Shown here: positions 15,601-27,885 of the stretch, one piece after another
How the letters are laid out: every line of letters starts with the position of its first letter
Position numbering within the stretch: the stretch's first letter is position 1
Source: Tubiluchus corallicola
Lineage: Eukaryota > Animalia > Priapulida
DNA: 64,000 nucleotides
Assembly: GCA_030141605.1 (NCBI GenBank)
Contig: JAQGDQ010000531.1
Span: forward strand, 62,001 to 126,000
Direction of reading: 5' to 3'
Position numbers and translations under genes: made by a program
Notes under the pieces: model-generated
Told to the model about the DNA's origin: nothing
Databases searched by the model: none
The model's input: only the letters and a program-made list of their open reading frames with translations

Positions 15601-18600
15601 CGACGTAAGCTATGTATGCAAAAATGCAGTACCTAAATGGTATAAAATTTCAAGATTAATTTTTTAAATTTTGTGTAAGTGGAGGTTGTTGTTTGTGCTT
15701 TTTTAAATACGTAATGGGGTTTACTTGATACCCTGCATTATTATTTGCATTATTAAAACAACTTCAGCTAGACCTGAGTTGTCTATTAAATGTTTAGTTT
15801 AACCTGACTAAACGTATTTTTATAAATTTGCAGAATCCGTGTATTGAAAAGGAGCATCAATCTTTTTGGAATAAAAACATTTCTTGTAGAAGATTGCCAA
15901 ATTTCCTAATCATTGGACCCACTAAAACAGGAACCGTGGCTCTTTACACATACCTTAAATTGCATCCTCGAATTCTGAGTAATTTTAGAACGTCCAACTT
16001 TGAAGAAGTTCAATTTTTTAGTGCCTACAAGCCGAAAGAGGATAACTACAACAAAGGATTAAGCTGGTACGTTTCTTATTTTTTAAAGGCTAGCTAAAGC
16101 AACAACCCTTGTTTTTTTTAATGCAAATTGATAGCACCAGAAATTATGTAAATAACCAAACACTGGAAAAGAATTTTACGTATTAACCTATAACAACAAC
16201 ACACCACATCACCCACACCATACCACTTATCACATTTCACCCAATGCACAACACCAACACCATGCACACCACACCATCCAATATGTTACACCAAACATGT
16301 CCGTGTACGGACGATATGTACGGATAAAAAACATTTTTTTAATACTAACAAAATTATTTATTTCATTAATTATTTACACTAAGTCTCCACTGCTGTAAAA
16401 AAAATTTAAAGGAATAAAAGGTTATTAATAATTAGTGAAAGATAGGCAAACTCCGCACCATTTATTCTTTAAATATCATTTAGTAGATACAATAAAGAGC
16501 AATGCTTTAACAGACAAACAACTAAAGAATCATATTATAGCCGAATGCAACCCAGCCGTTTTAAAAGCATTTATTAATTTAGCTAAGAGTGAATTTACAG
16601 CTAGTCCAACGCAAAACTTCTACAAAATAAGTACTTTGATAAAATAAGAAAAATGAGAAAACCTAATTGTTATGCTGTATGTAAGTAAACCCAACTATTA
16701 TTATCAACTATTTTTTGGGTGTACGTTAGCTTCGTGAAAGTTGAACCTTCATGAAGAACCTATACAACTACAAACATACTTATTAGTATAGTTATAATAC
16801 GTACGTCTTTGTATGTTATAGTATGTGATCTAAGTGAGTACGTGTTCTAAAATTTAAGTAAAAGTAGCCAAATTTATTTGTTAAAGGAAAAGACTGTAAA
16901 TATAACCTACATAAACGTGTAAAATAAACTGCTTATTCAACTGTATATAGCGCTAAGTATCTTTGTCCACAAATAGAGGTAGTACCTGTACCTATTGCAT
17001 TAAAATCTGCATTTCTGTGCTAATAAAAGTCTTTTAATAATAATAAATGGTAAAGGCGCTACCAAAAAGACCTTTATCGTGTTGTCCTGGTCCACCACTG
17101 AGGCTGAAAATTAAAAAAACAGCTTTGTCGGAACTGGAAAATGCCCATTGCAGCTCCCGACAAACCAAGCTGAGTCTGTTACACGCTAATCTGAAAATTC
17201 CTTCCAGGGTTATATACTCTGGTTCTGACCGTCCCGTTCTTCAGATCTCAGTTATCCTTCAGAAAGTTTTGCGAAAGAACGAGCAAAAGTATTTTGTTTT
17301 TGGTTAAACTGAGGTAAAACATTGATTAAACTTCGTTAAATAGATTAATTTGTTGAAGACTTTCATCTCGAGAGTTTAGTCATCAGGAATGTTTTTCTTA
17401 ATCGTAGAATCTTCTCGCGTCTTATTTTTTATTCGTTGTTTGTTGTGCTCTAAATCTTTGGAGTTAAATGCCACTCTATCTTGGGAGATCTTAGAGTTTC
17501 TGAACGAAGGCACAAGGATTACGACACACAACGCAAATAGAATAATTAATGGACTTGAAATACATATATCAGTATCATCCTTCAACTTGTCATCAGACTC
17601 TACCCACCTCCTTTACACTGTCTAGCGAATAACTTTTATATAATAAAATAAGATAAAAAAATAATTATCTGTAAAATTGGTCCTTTCGCAATCGTACCAA
17701 TCTGACTCTCGTTTGTATAATACAAAATTCTGCCGTTTGCTCAGTGGGTTACTATGCGTTACAAAATTTTCACAAGAAGTGGATTATGCGGCTACTGAAA
17801 GTGCGCACCTGTAATCTGATAACAGTCAGCTTATTGCCACCAATTCGTAAGCAAAAACGAAATAGTATTATAGATAGTTCGCGCATTATTGATGTTCAGT
17901 GGGCAATTTCTTTAGGAATGTCATTTCACGTATTTTTAACATTGTTCAAAATGATTTTGTTGTTGATCTTGTTTCATGGGGTGCGTGTTACTGGGTAATA
18001 TTTTTAGTGTTGTGACGCCACAACAGAGCACTATTACAGAAAACTGTTTAATGACTTAATTGAATCAACGGAAGGGAGTCATCCGAAACAACACGTTACT
18101 GCTTGTACATTCTACAAATACGGGTGACCAAAAAGTACGCACGTGCGTGTGTGCGACAAGCGAGTAATCCAAAGCTTCGCATTCCGGACTAGTTTCTCCC
18201 AACATAAGAAGACAGGTCTTACAGAAAAAGAGAAGAATTCGTTAAAAGAAGAATTTTTATATTATTACTAGTAGAAGTTTACTAACAGCAAAATCTACTT
18301 GCTTCATAGGTACATGGAGAAATTTCCGTTGCCACCTGAATATGAACCAGAAACGCTTTTGTTTGAGAAAAGTGCAACATACTTTGACAATGAAAATGTT
18401 CCATTTCGAGCTCACACACTGCTACCTGAAGCAAAGATAATTACAATACTTACCAATCCTGCTAAAAGAGCTTATTCGTGGTATCAGGTTAGTCAGTTTG
18501 ATTTTATTCTGGTGCTGCCCTAATGATGACATTCTACCTATTCCAATGGCCGGTTTGCCAGTTTTAATCTGTACTAAAAAGCCATAATTTGACGCAGTAA

Positions 18601-21600
18601 GTTTAAATAGAAAGATTACATACACGTCTTTTCCAGCATCAAAGAGCACATAATGTGGCAGCTGCTATCAATAACTCCTTCTACACCATCGTAACAGCTG
18701 ATGATACTGCATCAAAAGACGTGAAGAAATTAAGAGATGAATGCTTGATGCCAGGCAAATATGTGGTACATCTCAAAAGATGGTTGACTTATTACAAACC
18801 ACATCAGGTAAGGCTAATCTTGGATTTGACAAATTGTGTATGTTCATGAGTATTTAGACTTCACTCGCTCAGCCTTACGAAAAGCTTTAAACTACTCAAT
18901 TATTGCACTCCTTTCTGAATTTTTTGCTTTAGTATTAAATCTTGGACATGATTTTTCTATGACTTGCATGGCAAAGATTTCTTTAGAAATATTAGACGAT
19001 AAGTAATATGATATCCATTTTTGTGACTCTTCGTTCCCTGGAGTTGCTGTCTAATGGCGAAGACGACATCCGTTAGAAACCAAATTTTTCGAATTCATGC
19101 AAGACTTTGTCAAGATTTGATTAATTCATATCGCACCTGTAGTTTTAGCATTTTGCGTCAAGCGTGTTTGCCCATTTGCTGAGTGGGTCACCACAGGTAA
19201 CCACTAAATGGCGTATCTGAAAGTACAATGTAAAATTCTCTTAACCAACAAATAAATTATTAAAGAACTGTAAAAATCTATACTAAAAATGTTAAAAAGT
19301 GGCACTAAATCAGCCATGTATCTACATGATTAGTGCACAGATTTAAGGGGTGTGGAGTAGAATGTATCCGCTTTCTTTGATGTGAAGAATTCATTACAAG
19401 CATTTTTTAGCTGCTCATTCTTGATGGAGAAGCTTTCAAAGCAAATCCCGTCAAAGTCATGGAGCATGTGCAGGAATTCCTAGGAATGAAGGAACGCTAC
19501 CCTTTCGAAAAAATTCTAAAGTAGGTGTTGTTAATATGCCAAATTGCTAGTGGTAATAGTTAAGCGTGCAAAACTTAGGTCTCCCCCAAGTACACTTTCA
19601 AATCCTGAACAGATTTGCGCAATTATAGTTGAACAGCAAGTGATTAAGTGCTCAAATGATTTTTCAAGACTTTTGTAATCATATCGTCACATCACAAAGA
19701 AGGCCAAAGACCGTAACGCATTGTTTTACCATAATTTACAGTAGTCATTCATATATATTAATAAAGAATCAAAATGAAAGATCTTTATAAATGATCATCT
19801 TGAACCCGCTGAGAAAGCAGATTTCTCCGAAGCAATGGAAAAGAATTCCGTAGATAAGAAGCTTACGAAAAAATGAGAATTACAAGCAGCTGTTGTACGT
19901 CTAGGAATCTCCACAGTAAGCTTAAAAGAAGCAGCGGAAAAGCAAAAAAAAAGGTAATTGGGAACCAGTGATCAGGTTACCAGAAGAGATTTTGGATACG
20001 AATAAAACGGAACTGCTGTTAGAAGTTATACACTATACATTTTAGGTTACAAAAGCAACGTAATTATGCAAGAGATATAAATATATATTGAGCTAATTTT
20101 TACTCAACTTTTAATAAGTTTTTGACATAGTGAGTTTTAATGGTCCTTTTTTAACCCATTTTTTAACAAGTTGCCTCAAATTGGGTGCTCACTAGTGCCG
20201 AAGTTTTAATGTTAATATGAATTTAAGGTGCCTTACCTAAAATATTTGTAGCAATATGTTTAGCCGTCTTGTTTGCGTATGATCTGTGCTAATTAGAATA
20301 AAGACAATAAGTCCCATTAGGAGAACAGGTCGTCACTCTGAGTTGCAATTCAATGAAAACGTCATAAGAAGCTGAGTAAACAGTGAAAACAATCGCAATC
20401 CAGTATCGTAATGTGCCGTAGTGCCTCTTGATAATGTTTTGCCAATTTTCGTTAGTGCCTCATTGCTCCTTGTCATTATCGATTAGTCCACGTGCATTCA
20501 TTAGTCTATGTCACACTAACTTGTTACTAACCTGTTTGAGTCACTGATTTTTTATATTGGTCTTAGCTTTAATATTTTAAGATTTGCTGTCAGTTGTCTG
20601 CCTATTGGTACGTTAGAAGTATTTTTGCAGCTTTTTGTCACTATTTTGATATATGTTAGCTTGTAGTTTTTGAATAAGAATATTTGTAGGCAATTATTTT
20701 GGTACTTATAAATTTTTCTTATTGGGTATAAAACTATGTGTCCGCGGATGTCGCTAACGGCTTAATGTTCTTGATTTGTCATCTTGACTGTATGTTTGCT
20801 TTTGTCCAATCATGTGCAATAAATTCTAGTCATATACGTTAATTCGTTATTTTAACGTTTTTCTTAGCGATTTTAGATCCAAAGCACCATGCTATATATA
20901 TATATAAGTTACTATATATATATACAGTAACAAAAATACTAGAGAAACACACACACACACACACACACACAGCAGTTATATTTCAACATTAATCTAATTT
21001 AAATGTATAGTTTTTCATACTATCTTCACAAGAACAAAGGAATGATCAGAACTGAGGGAAATATTGTGGCAGGCCTATCTATAAGAACGTATGAGCGTAT
21101 GAGTAGACACAGGGCTCCATGCTCCAGACTACACTGTAGATACAGGCTGAATAGTACAGTAGTGGGTGAAGTAATGAAGTTGTGATTATAACAGAAAATT
21201 ATGTATACAAAAATGGATAAAAATACATTAGTGTTTGAATTTCATTCTATGAAGTATGGATTCTCTGTTGAGCACAAAAAGGGTGATCCGTTTAAAGTGG
21301 GCTGATCCACTATAGTTCCTCTTGTTTCCTATGGTGTGCCTCGTGAGTGTTCTCAATGATGCGAGTTTTTATATCTCTAAAAGAGTGTTCTGGCATGTGA
21401 AAATGTTGTGCTACTGGCTGGTTGGGTTCTTTGTTGTAAGCTTGTCTGTGCCCGGTGATTCTCAACTGTTGTCCAGTTTCTTCTATGTATTCTATCTTGC
21501 ATGTTATCAAGAAGTCCACACTGCTTGCAAATGCATGTTCCTGTATTGAGGACTCGCATCTTATAAATCCGCGTACCAGAGGTGGTTTCTAATAATATAT

Positions 21601-24600
21601 ATATATATAAAACGTTATTGTGTTCTACAACAAATTGGGGCCTTATATTCAATGTATCTGTAAAGCGCTAATTTTAAAGCATTAGTTAATATATAGCGAT
21701 ATATGTATAAATACACACATTTTTAAATTTCGAAAATACAGCGTTCTGATATGCAAGAACTGTCACAGATCTGTGTGGCATGACAATTAGTCATTCCAAA
21801 CAACTGGTGAAAGTTGCTAGGTCAGTGAATACGATATAACAGTTTTTAAGATTTGTCAAATTATTACGCAAATGAACATAATTCTGAAATCTGAAGAAGT
21901 GTGGAGACACGTGTTCCTAAAGCCAAACCTGGCTGAAAATTTACCCATGCTAGTATCTCACCAAACCTTCAAAATAGGAAAAGTTGTAAATCGATTGGGT
22001 AAAAAAGTTTTTACCCAATATATATGTGCATATGTGTGTATCTTTACGACTATATATCTGAATATACATGTTGCTGAAAAAGTCGTTTCTAGAAAGATAT
22101 TAACATGTTATTATTAATGTTTATGGTCGTGAGTTATAATCATTATTTTAATCATCTTGTTTAGGTATAATGCAAAGAAACAATTTTTTTGTCAAATGGT
22201 ACCTGGCAGACTCAGCAAGTGTCTTCCTCCAAATAAAGGTCGCAAATATGAACCAATGGATCTTCGAGCGGAGAAATTTCTAACAACGTATTACAGGTTT
22301 ACAGAAACTTATATTACACATACCATGTTGAGGCAATTTAATTGTTTTTCCGTTTAATTGTTCTTGACCTCCGTTTTAATGATCCGACAGCTGCACTTTA
22401 CGTAGATGGCTGAAACGAGAAAAACCCTTTGCCCAGAGATCGTTTTATTACTTTTATGACCACAGACCCCCCCCCCCCCCCCAGTTATCATGGCTGGTTC
22501 TTAACTGAGCACGAGTTTGATTACTTTGTGAGCGACGAGAATTGAAGAGCCCTCCCTTCCGTACAGAGGCTGTGTGGTCTAGTGTCGCTTAATTAAAACT
22601 GGATCTTGATTTACACGAACGTTATTCTCGCTGCTTTAGATCTCTTGCAAAAGACACATCACACTCACTTTATGATTTCATCACAATTCTCCCCTTTCCA
22701 ACGAGTTCTAGAACGTTCTGCAAGACATCAACGAAGCAGCACCACAACGGATTTCCACCCGCCAAATTTGGTCAAATTATCAAAAACAGTTTGGATTTGT
22801 TTCTAGATGATGTCTTTGATGAGTCACTCACTTGTGTTAAATGGTTCTGTAGTTGTCGACAAAACTGTGTGTTGTATAAATTTTAAAAATATGTAAAAAT
22901 AATCTTAAATAAACTTATCATTATATAGGCTAACCAAACCCAGGAATTTTGGTCAAAGCCACAACAACCTACCCACACTAACTAACACACACAAATAGCA
23001 CACCACGATCATTCCACATCACGACAACAACAACCCACCCATACAACAAATACCACATCATGCGACATCCCTCCACAACCACCATACCACATTACACGAT
23101 GACAGTGATGACGACGACATTGATGAACACAAACTGCAAAAACAACAAACATAACAGCCAACCTTACAGAGACATTTTGCGCAAAGGTACATTATAAACG
23201 CTATTAGGTCCATCTACCAATAATCAACAACGAAGTGGCTTACTACTTCTCAGATGATAATAAATAAGACACAACACACACGAGTCTCTCTATAACACAA
23301 CATAATGGCGGGCGATGACAATGCCCAGAACAGCCGTTTGTTTTTCTAAAAAATGAGTGTTCCAAACAGAGCTTGATGGGATAGAAATTTAATGAACTTA
23401 AAAGTAAATTCTGTACATCTTCTTAAACAAAACGTTAAAACGTTAAACTCTGCTTATTCCATCCTACGCTGAATGTTCTTTCCTGTTATAGCACCGAGTT
23501 TTCGTGGTGCCGTTCTTCCGGTCTCAGTTGATTTTTTTTTTTTGCAAAAAAGCCAGCCAAATAAACTTTTTGACGATATTTTGCCCTTGTTCCTTGCAAT
23601 TGGTCCTGATCAGAAAACGAACCACTGTGGAACTCTGGGAGACTGAGACGATCCGTTTGGGTATGCCATTTGTTCGGTAGGAAAATCACGCATGATGCAT
23701 ACATATCCAATCATCTAGACAGAAAAATATACCCTGAGATTGAATTATTTAGTTAGATCCTGTATCTGTTGTTTTCCGTGTTTCTTTATTTCCCTGTTGG
23801 GCTTGAACTCGTTGACAATTTTGCTTAGGTATATTTACTTGCTAAATTAATCATCTTAGTAGAATTATATTCCACGTCAGATTTGTTAGAAGAACACTGA
23901 TGGTAGTAGATATTGTGGCTCGCATTTAATAATTTCACAGAATCACACTCTGAAACATAATTATTGAAATTAATATTCATGAAATCAATAAACAAAATTC
24001 TGATCAGCTGCATCTCTTGTCACTTTACTTGCCCTGCACTGACTGACTCTGGTGTAGGGTTTGTAAGCGCCACTATTTTGCAGAAAATCAATATCGGCTT
24101 AAATAATAAGGCAAGATAAGATAAGATAAATTTTATTTAATGTCGATCATTTACATAAATAACATTGGCAGTTGAAGATCTTTATCGACAAAATATAATT
24201 ATAAAATAAATCGATAATATAAAAATACAAACGTCGTCTTAGAATCTAGTACAGAGAAAAAACTACAATCTACTTTTAGTACAAATTAAAAATAATGAAA
24301 TTTTGGTTGATTCAAATCAGGAAAATTAGTAAAATTGCTAATGTTAAAATATCGAAAATATTAAAACCGCTAAAACTAGAATGTATTGTAAGATATTAAA
24401 TAATGATTTTAAGTACAAAAATTATAGTCACGTACAATACATACAGTTTATTTAATTGGTTCCAAACTAAATGAAATCTTGAGCGTTTTTAAATGAATTT
24501 GGCAAGTAGTTCCAAATTTGGGCTGCAATATATCTCTGTGTCGAAAGGAGTGTTTGTTGTACCAAACAGCATTACAGCAAGGTATAATTATTTATATTAA

Positions 24601-25281
24601 AGGCCAAGTTTCTCGTTTATTCGTCGGGAGAAACAATGATAACGTGGAATTTAGTAAGGTTAGATTTAAAACCATCGCTCTCAAACCAACCTTTTGCTTT
24701 TTCCGTTTCCTCTTGTAGATAATTCCGGAGAACCTTTATATGTTTGTGGCTGAATGAGATCGAATTATCATCTACTTAGTTACATAAATAGCATGAGTAT
24801 TTATGTGAAAATATCATTCAGATGCACATTAAATAGCAGTGGTCGGAGAATGGGCTCCAGGAACTGCAATGCTGCTCTACTTTTATTCTCTGGCATCTAC
24901 ACGAAAGGAAATGATCGATCATAAGGAGGCTATTGTGTGACAGGCCATATTGTCTAAGTTTCTTTAGCGGGGAATGTTATCCAATGCCTTGGTTAAATCC
25001 ATTAATACTGTACCTAGATAGTGCTTTTGGTCAATTGCACATCTCCAGTCCTCTAGTAATTTCAGCAGCACATCATGACAATCATGTGTTTTTTCTAAAG
25101 TCAAACAAATTAATATATGAAAGGATCACAGTATGAAAATTCTGAAACCCTTCATCGTAACTATGTGCATGATGAATGAAATTGATTTTTTTTCAGACAG
25201 TACAATATTGCTTTAAGCAAATTGCTGCTGACTTTCAAGTCGAACATGGTTTGGTTGGAGGATGTACTTGATGGCAACTGA
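1251..25281 (+). CDS. NDST: Bifunctional heparan sulfate GlcNAc N-deacetylase/N-sulfotransferase, 14 coding exons: join(1251..2065,4491..4563,5893..6019,6654..6766,7625..7720,8143..8232,12209..12337,13226..13408,15834..16066,18310..18487,18637..18807,19411..19520,22165..22296,25197..25281), about 844 aa
   Basis: All introns are GT..AG and phases match; exon lengths sum to 2535 nt (845 codons including TGA). N-terminal TM anchor; NDST motifs appear in order: [87 protein letters not shown]. Confidence 0.95.
2420..3620 (-). mobile_element. Degenerate non-LTR retrotransposon ORF1-like remnant in NDST intron 1
   Basis: Broken ORFs 2842..3405 (CxxC...CxxC, then coiled coil) and 2564..2806, antisense in an intron; ORF1-like layout, family not identified. 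Confidence 0.4.
4491..4563 (+). CDS. NDST: NDST exon 2 ([25 protein letters not shown])
   Basis: Acceptor ttttcag, donor gtggg; carries the deacetylase DIDD motif. Confidence 0.92.
5893..6019 (+). CDS. NDST: NDST exon 3 ([42 protein letters not shown])
   Basis: Acceptor tttcag, donor gtatg; matches the NDST pattern DTQ..NF.F.LGY.G..HTG..GDD. Confidence 0.92.
6654..6766 (+). CDS. NDST: NDST exon 4 ([19 protein letters not shown]...NAAFAK)
   Basis: Acceptor aacag, donor gtgaa; HxWxH metal-binding motif. Confidence 0.92.
7625..7720 (+). CDS. NDST: NDST exon 5 ([32 protein letters not shown])
   Basis: Acceptor tttag, donor gtatc; [10 protein letters not shown] motif. Confidence 0.92.
8143..8232 (+). 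CDS. NDST: NDST exon 6 ([13 protein letters not shown]...GFVHKGIK)
   Basis: Acceptor tttcag, donor gtaag; VW..VTST..YP..GF.H.GI. Confidence 0.9.
8620..8982. repeat. Complex minisatellite of about 29-31 bp units (core caagaacagggaccaataacgtacata) with higher-order repetition
   Basis: Repeated ggaccaataacg(t/a)acatacaag variants; causes the repetitive overlapping ORFs 8569-9138. Confidence 0.9.
9410..9657. repeat. 16-bp tandem repeat (cca(c/g)tactacagtta(g/t))n
   Basis: About 15 near-identical units read directly. Confidence 0.95.
10788..11612. repeat. Tandem array of 25-bp and 32-bp units (agtggtgaaccatagtagtggc[aaaccgt]ata) with 16-bp degenerate units at the edges
   Basis: Units read directly; the 25+32=57 bp period matches the 19-aa repeats in the minus-strand ORFs. 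Confidence 0.95.
12209..12337 (+). CDS. NDST: NDST exon 7 (VLPRQRC...FPGG...[14 protein letters not shown])
   Basis: Acceptor acgcag, donor gtacat; VLPRQ.C and I.GG.LF.T motifs. Confidence 0.92.
12465..12641. repeat. Compound (TA)n/(TATG)n microsatellite
   Basis: Read directly. Confidence 0.95.
13226..13408 (+). CDS. NDST: NDST exon 8 ([16 protein letters not shown]...WTNLKL...EERDPVWQ)
   Basis: Acceptor aacag, donor gtaag; IFMTH..NYG.DRL motif. Confidence 0.93.
14140..15030. repeat. Two diverged copies of a dispersed repeat (about 14140-14480 and 14785-15030) with an inverted related copy near 6330-6415
   Basis: tacgtaagtactgttgtgcttca...gaacttgtcactttt vs tacgtaggtactgttgcgcttca...gaacttgtcactttt; reverse complement aagcacaatagtacttacgta at about 6383-6403. 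Confidence 0.6.
15834..16066 (+). CDS. NDST: NDST exon 9 (start of sulfotransferase domain, 5'-PSB loop)
   Basis: Acceptor ttgcag, donor gtacg; [14 protein letters not shown] and FEEVQFF. Confidence 0.93.
18310..18487 (+). CDS. NDST: NDST exon 10
   Basis: Acceptor catag, donor gttag; FEKSATYFD and [11 protein letters not shown] (3'-PB motif). Confidence 0.93.
18637..18807 (+). CDS. NDST: NDST exon 11
   Basis: Acceptor ttccag, donor gtaag; HQRAH...CLMPGKY..HLKRWL. Confidence 0.92.
19411..19520 (+). CDS. NDST: NDST exon 12 ([25 protein letters not shown]...)
   Basis: Acceptor tttttag, donor gtagg; absent from the ORF track and translated by hand. Confidence 0.9.
21270..21560 (-). mobile_element. 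Penelope-like element GIY-YIG endonuclease remnant
   Basis: [19 protein letters not shown]...PVAQHF..PEHS..DI...IIE...RKQEE is the typical PLE GIY-YIG pattern, frameshifted. Confidence 0.7.
22165..22296 (+). CDS. NDST: NDST exon 13 (YNAKKQFFC...[14 protein letters not shown]...YYR)
   Basis: Acceptor tttag, donor gttta; Cys pair and KGRKY motif. Confidence 0.92.
25197..25281 (+). CDS. NDST: NDST terminal exon 14 ([28 protein letters not shown])
   Basis: Acceptor ttttttcag in matching phase; fits the NDST C-terminus N..LSKLL...WL; TGA at 25279-25281. Confidence 0.88.
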
Positions 25282-27679
25282 ATTGTGCTACTTCAACTGG
25301 TGACAATATGTACAAGAACAATTACATAGACTGGAAAACAATGTTTCTTCCTAAATTACTGTGAAAAATTAAAGAAATCCAATATGATGTTATGCAGACT
25401 AGCCTCAGATTAGCTATTAGCAAATTAAGTTTCAAAAACTGTAAAAAGACAATGTAGAAAAACTTTAACTTGTGGAACCAACTGACCCATCAGTCAAACA
25501 GCAAAAACTACGCGTGAGTCTTACATAGAGTGTAACAATGTCACCAATGTAGTGTTCCTTTTAAAAAGCATTTATGACAAAAGTATTACCAATTCCAGCT
25601 CTTAATATTTAATTCATCATGAAAGACGCGACGACTACTTTTAAAGAATTTGGAGTCTGTGCTGGTGAACAATCGACAAAAGTATGAACAAAGTGTGACT
25701 TAAGCAAAATTTCAACTTACATAATGAATACCAGGTGACAATCACAAACTGACCATGCGTTATTAAAGGAGGAATATTACCAAATAGCGCTTGCCTATGC
25801 CGCCATTTTAAACAGTGCTCCTGGCGACATTTTGCTGTTCTCGTGACCAATTTTGGAGTGACGTAACAGACGGTCTAGTACAATGGAGTCATTTAGTCGG
25901 AGCATTAACTTTCATGTAGTTTATTATTAACAGGTGCCATGTAATTTAAATACCAAGACGGTTCTTTATAACTGTTTGCAGTGTTCAGATATTTTCCCAT
26001 TTATTTAGTTATTGCATTTTAGATCAAATGCTGTTCTCAGTCGTGGGCCCGAGCGAATGCCTAACTGCAAAGTATTGCCCGCAGAGTTTGTGAAAGTTTC
26101 CTCCACTGTTTTGGCTTTTGATGTAATAAAGTGTTGTTCGAAATGCTTCGTTTTAGCGGATCTTGTTTAAATAAAGTTTAAATAGTTAATTTAATAATAA
26201 TAGCTTTTTATTTAATACACATAATTAAATTTTTTTAAATAATGAAGTTTACAAGTTAATCTTCAACAAAATGTGAGAGCGGCCAACAATTTTAGGATTT
26301 ATGGGCACAGAAGTAGGGCACACCCTAACATTAACTGCATAAATCTGAAAACTACAGCAAAGCGTATCGATTAACTAATTAATAATAAATGCCACCTGAA
26401 AAGTATTTCACAGCATGATCCTTTGCAGTTGCAACTGAACACTATGTTACACTTCTTACATTTGCACCTTAGACTACTGCAGTCACTCTTGCGTGTGTAT
26501 CTGAGAATTTCATGTCGAGCTATCGGTAAGTCGGTTTGGACATGGGCACGTCGTCCATTAATATCATGCCAATAGCAACTTTCTTACAAAATTTTTTGCC
26601 ATTACAATGAATGAAGTCCATCCTCAAGTATTCTATTTTATAGGCACAACAACGCACTTTTCTCCTGTTGACATAATATTGCTGCACAAGTAGATGGCAT
26701 TTTAATCACTACAGCTAGATCGCGGAAATCTTTGTCAGTTTATGAAATGTCAAAGTGGAATTTAATGTTTAGTTTTAATATTATTAAGTCATTTGTGAAT
26801 ATTAATAAATAAATTTTGTATATTCATAATGCATTTATTAATATCAAAAAATACCATTTGTATTATTGATATCAAAAATGAGTTATTAATATTCAAAATT
26901 GATTTAATAATCAATATAGGTATTAGTAAACCGATTTTGAATAATCATAAACATTTTTTAATATTACAGTAAAAATTAATTTGTGGATATTCAGAATTGA
27001 TTTATTGATCTTGAAAAATAAGCATTAAATTACACTTTGGGGTTACATACAGGTTTAAAATTTTTTTAGTAGAGTTCTTTTCCCAATGCAAGAAAAACGA
27101 GAGGTTGTGTCAAAGCCGACTGAAAGCTCCAAGAACTAGTTTCTCCTTGTACTGTTAAGTTGATTCCAGACACGTATTTTTTCGCTCTTGTCTTTGGCTC
27201 AGATTAAAGAGGGAATTGTGACATAAGATGATGTATTAGACAAACAGAATAAGAAAATCTGCATAATCACCGGTAATCACCGTGTTTGTTGTGGCGACAG
27301 AGTCTGCTGCTTTTTGCAGTATAAGAAGATCAGCATAACTCGGGGCAAGCGACACCTGACAGTATGTTTTCTATAAGTGCAGACCAGGCATATTGGTGAA
27401 CTGCTGTTTGTTTGTTTTGTACATAAGGAATTTGCTTTTATTCTTTCCTATAAGAATATAAACATCTACAAAGAGATCACAGAGAGGTGGACACATGGCC
27501 AATGGTCAAGTTAAAAGCCATTGCTTGGATAATCTATGAAAGACTGTTGTAAAAACCATCTTTACTCACATCCTGAGGTTGCTCCGGTTCCATCCTGCTG
27601 AACATGACCTGTTATTTCCAGAAGACTTGGTCGGAGGAGGTCAGAGGTGACATCTGGTACTGCTCATTTAGGTGGCTGA

Positions 27680-27885
27680 TGCAAAGTCCTTTGATGCTTT
27701 TGCTACAATTGTGAGGCATTGGAATAGTAGCTCAATGTTCACATGAATTTCTTCTCTGTTAATCTTGACTGAAGACCTTGTAGTGAAGGTGACCTTCTTA
27801 AATATGAGCTCTGCTGATTTCTATCAATCCATGCTTAAGAAAATGGTTTTGCCGATTTCCTTAGGTGCACGTGTAGGAAATACAT
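27680..27885 (-). mobile_element. Degenerate remnant of an uncharacterised invertebrate transposon-like ORF
   Basis: Manual translation KEIGKTIFLSM..SSVKINREEIHVNIELLFQCLTIVA with stops resembles a repetitive invertebrate ORF family as I recall it; unverified. Confidence 0.3.
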
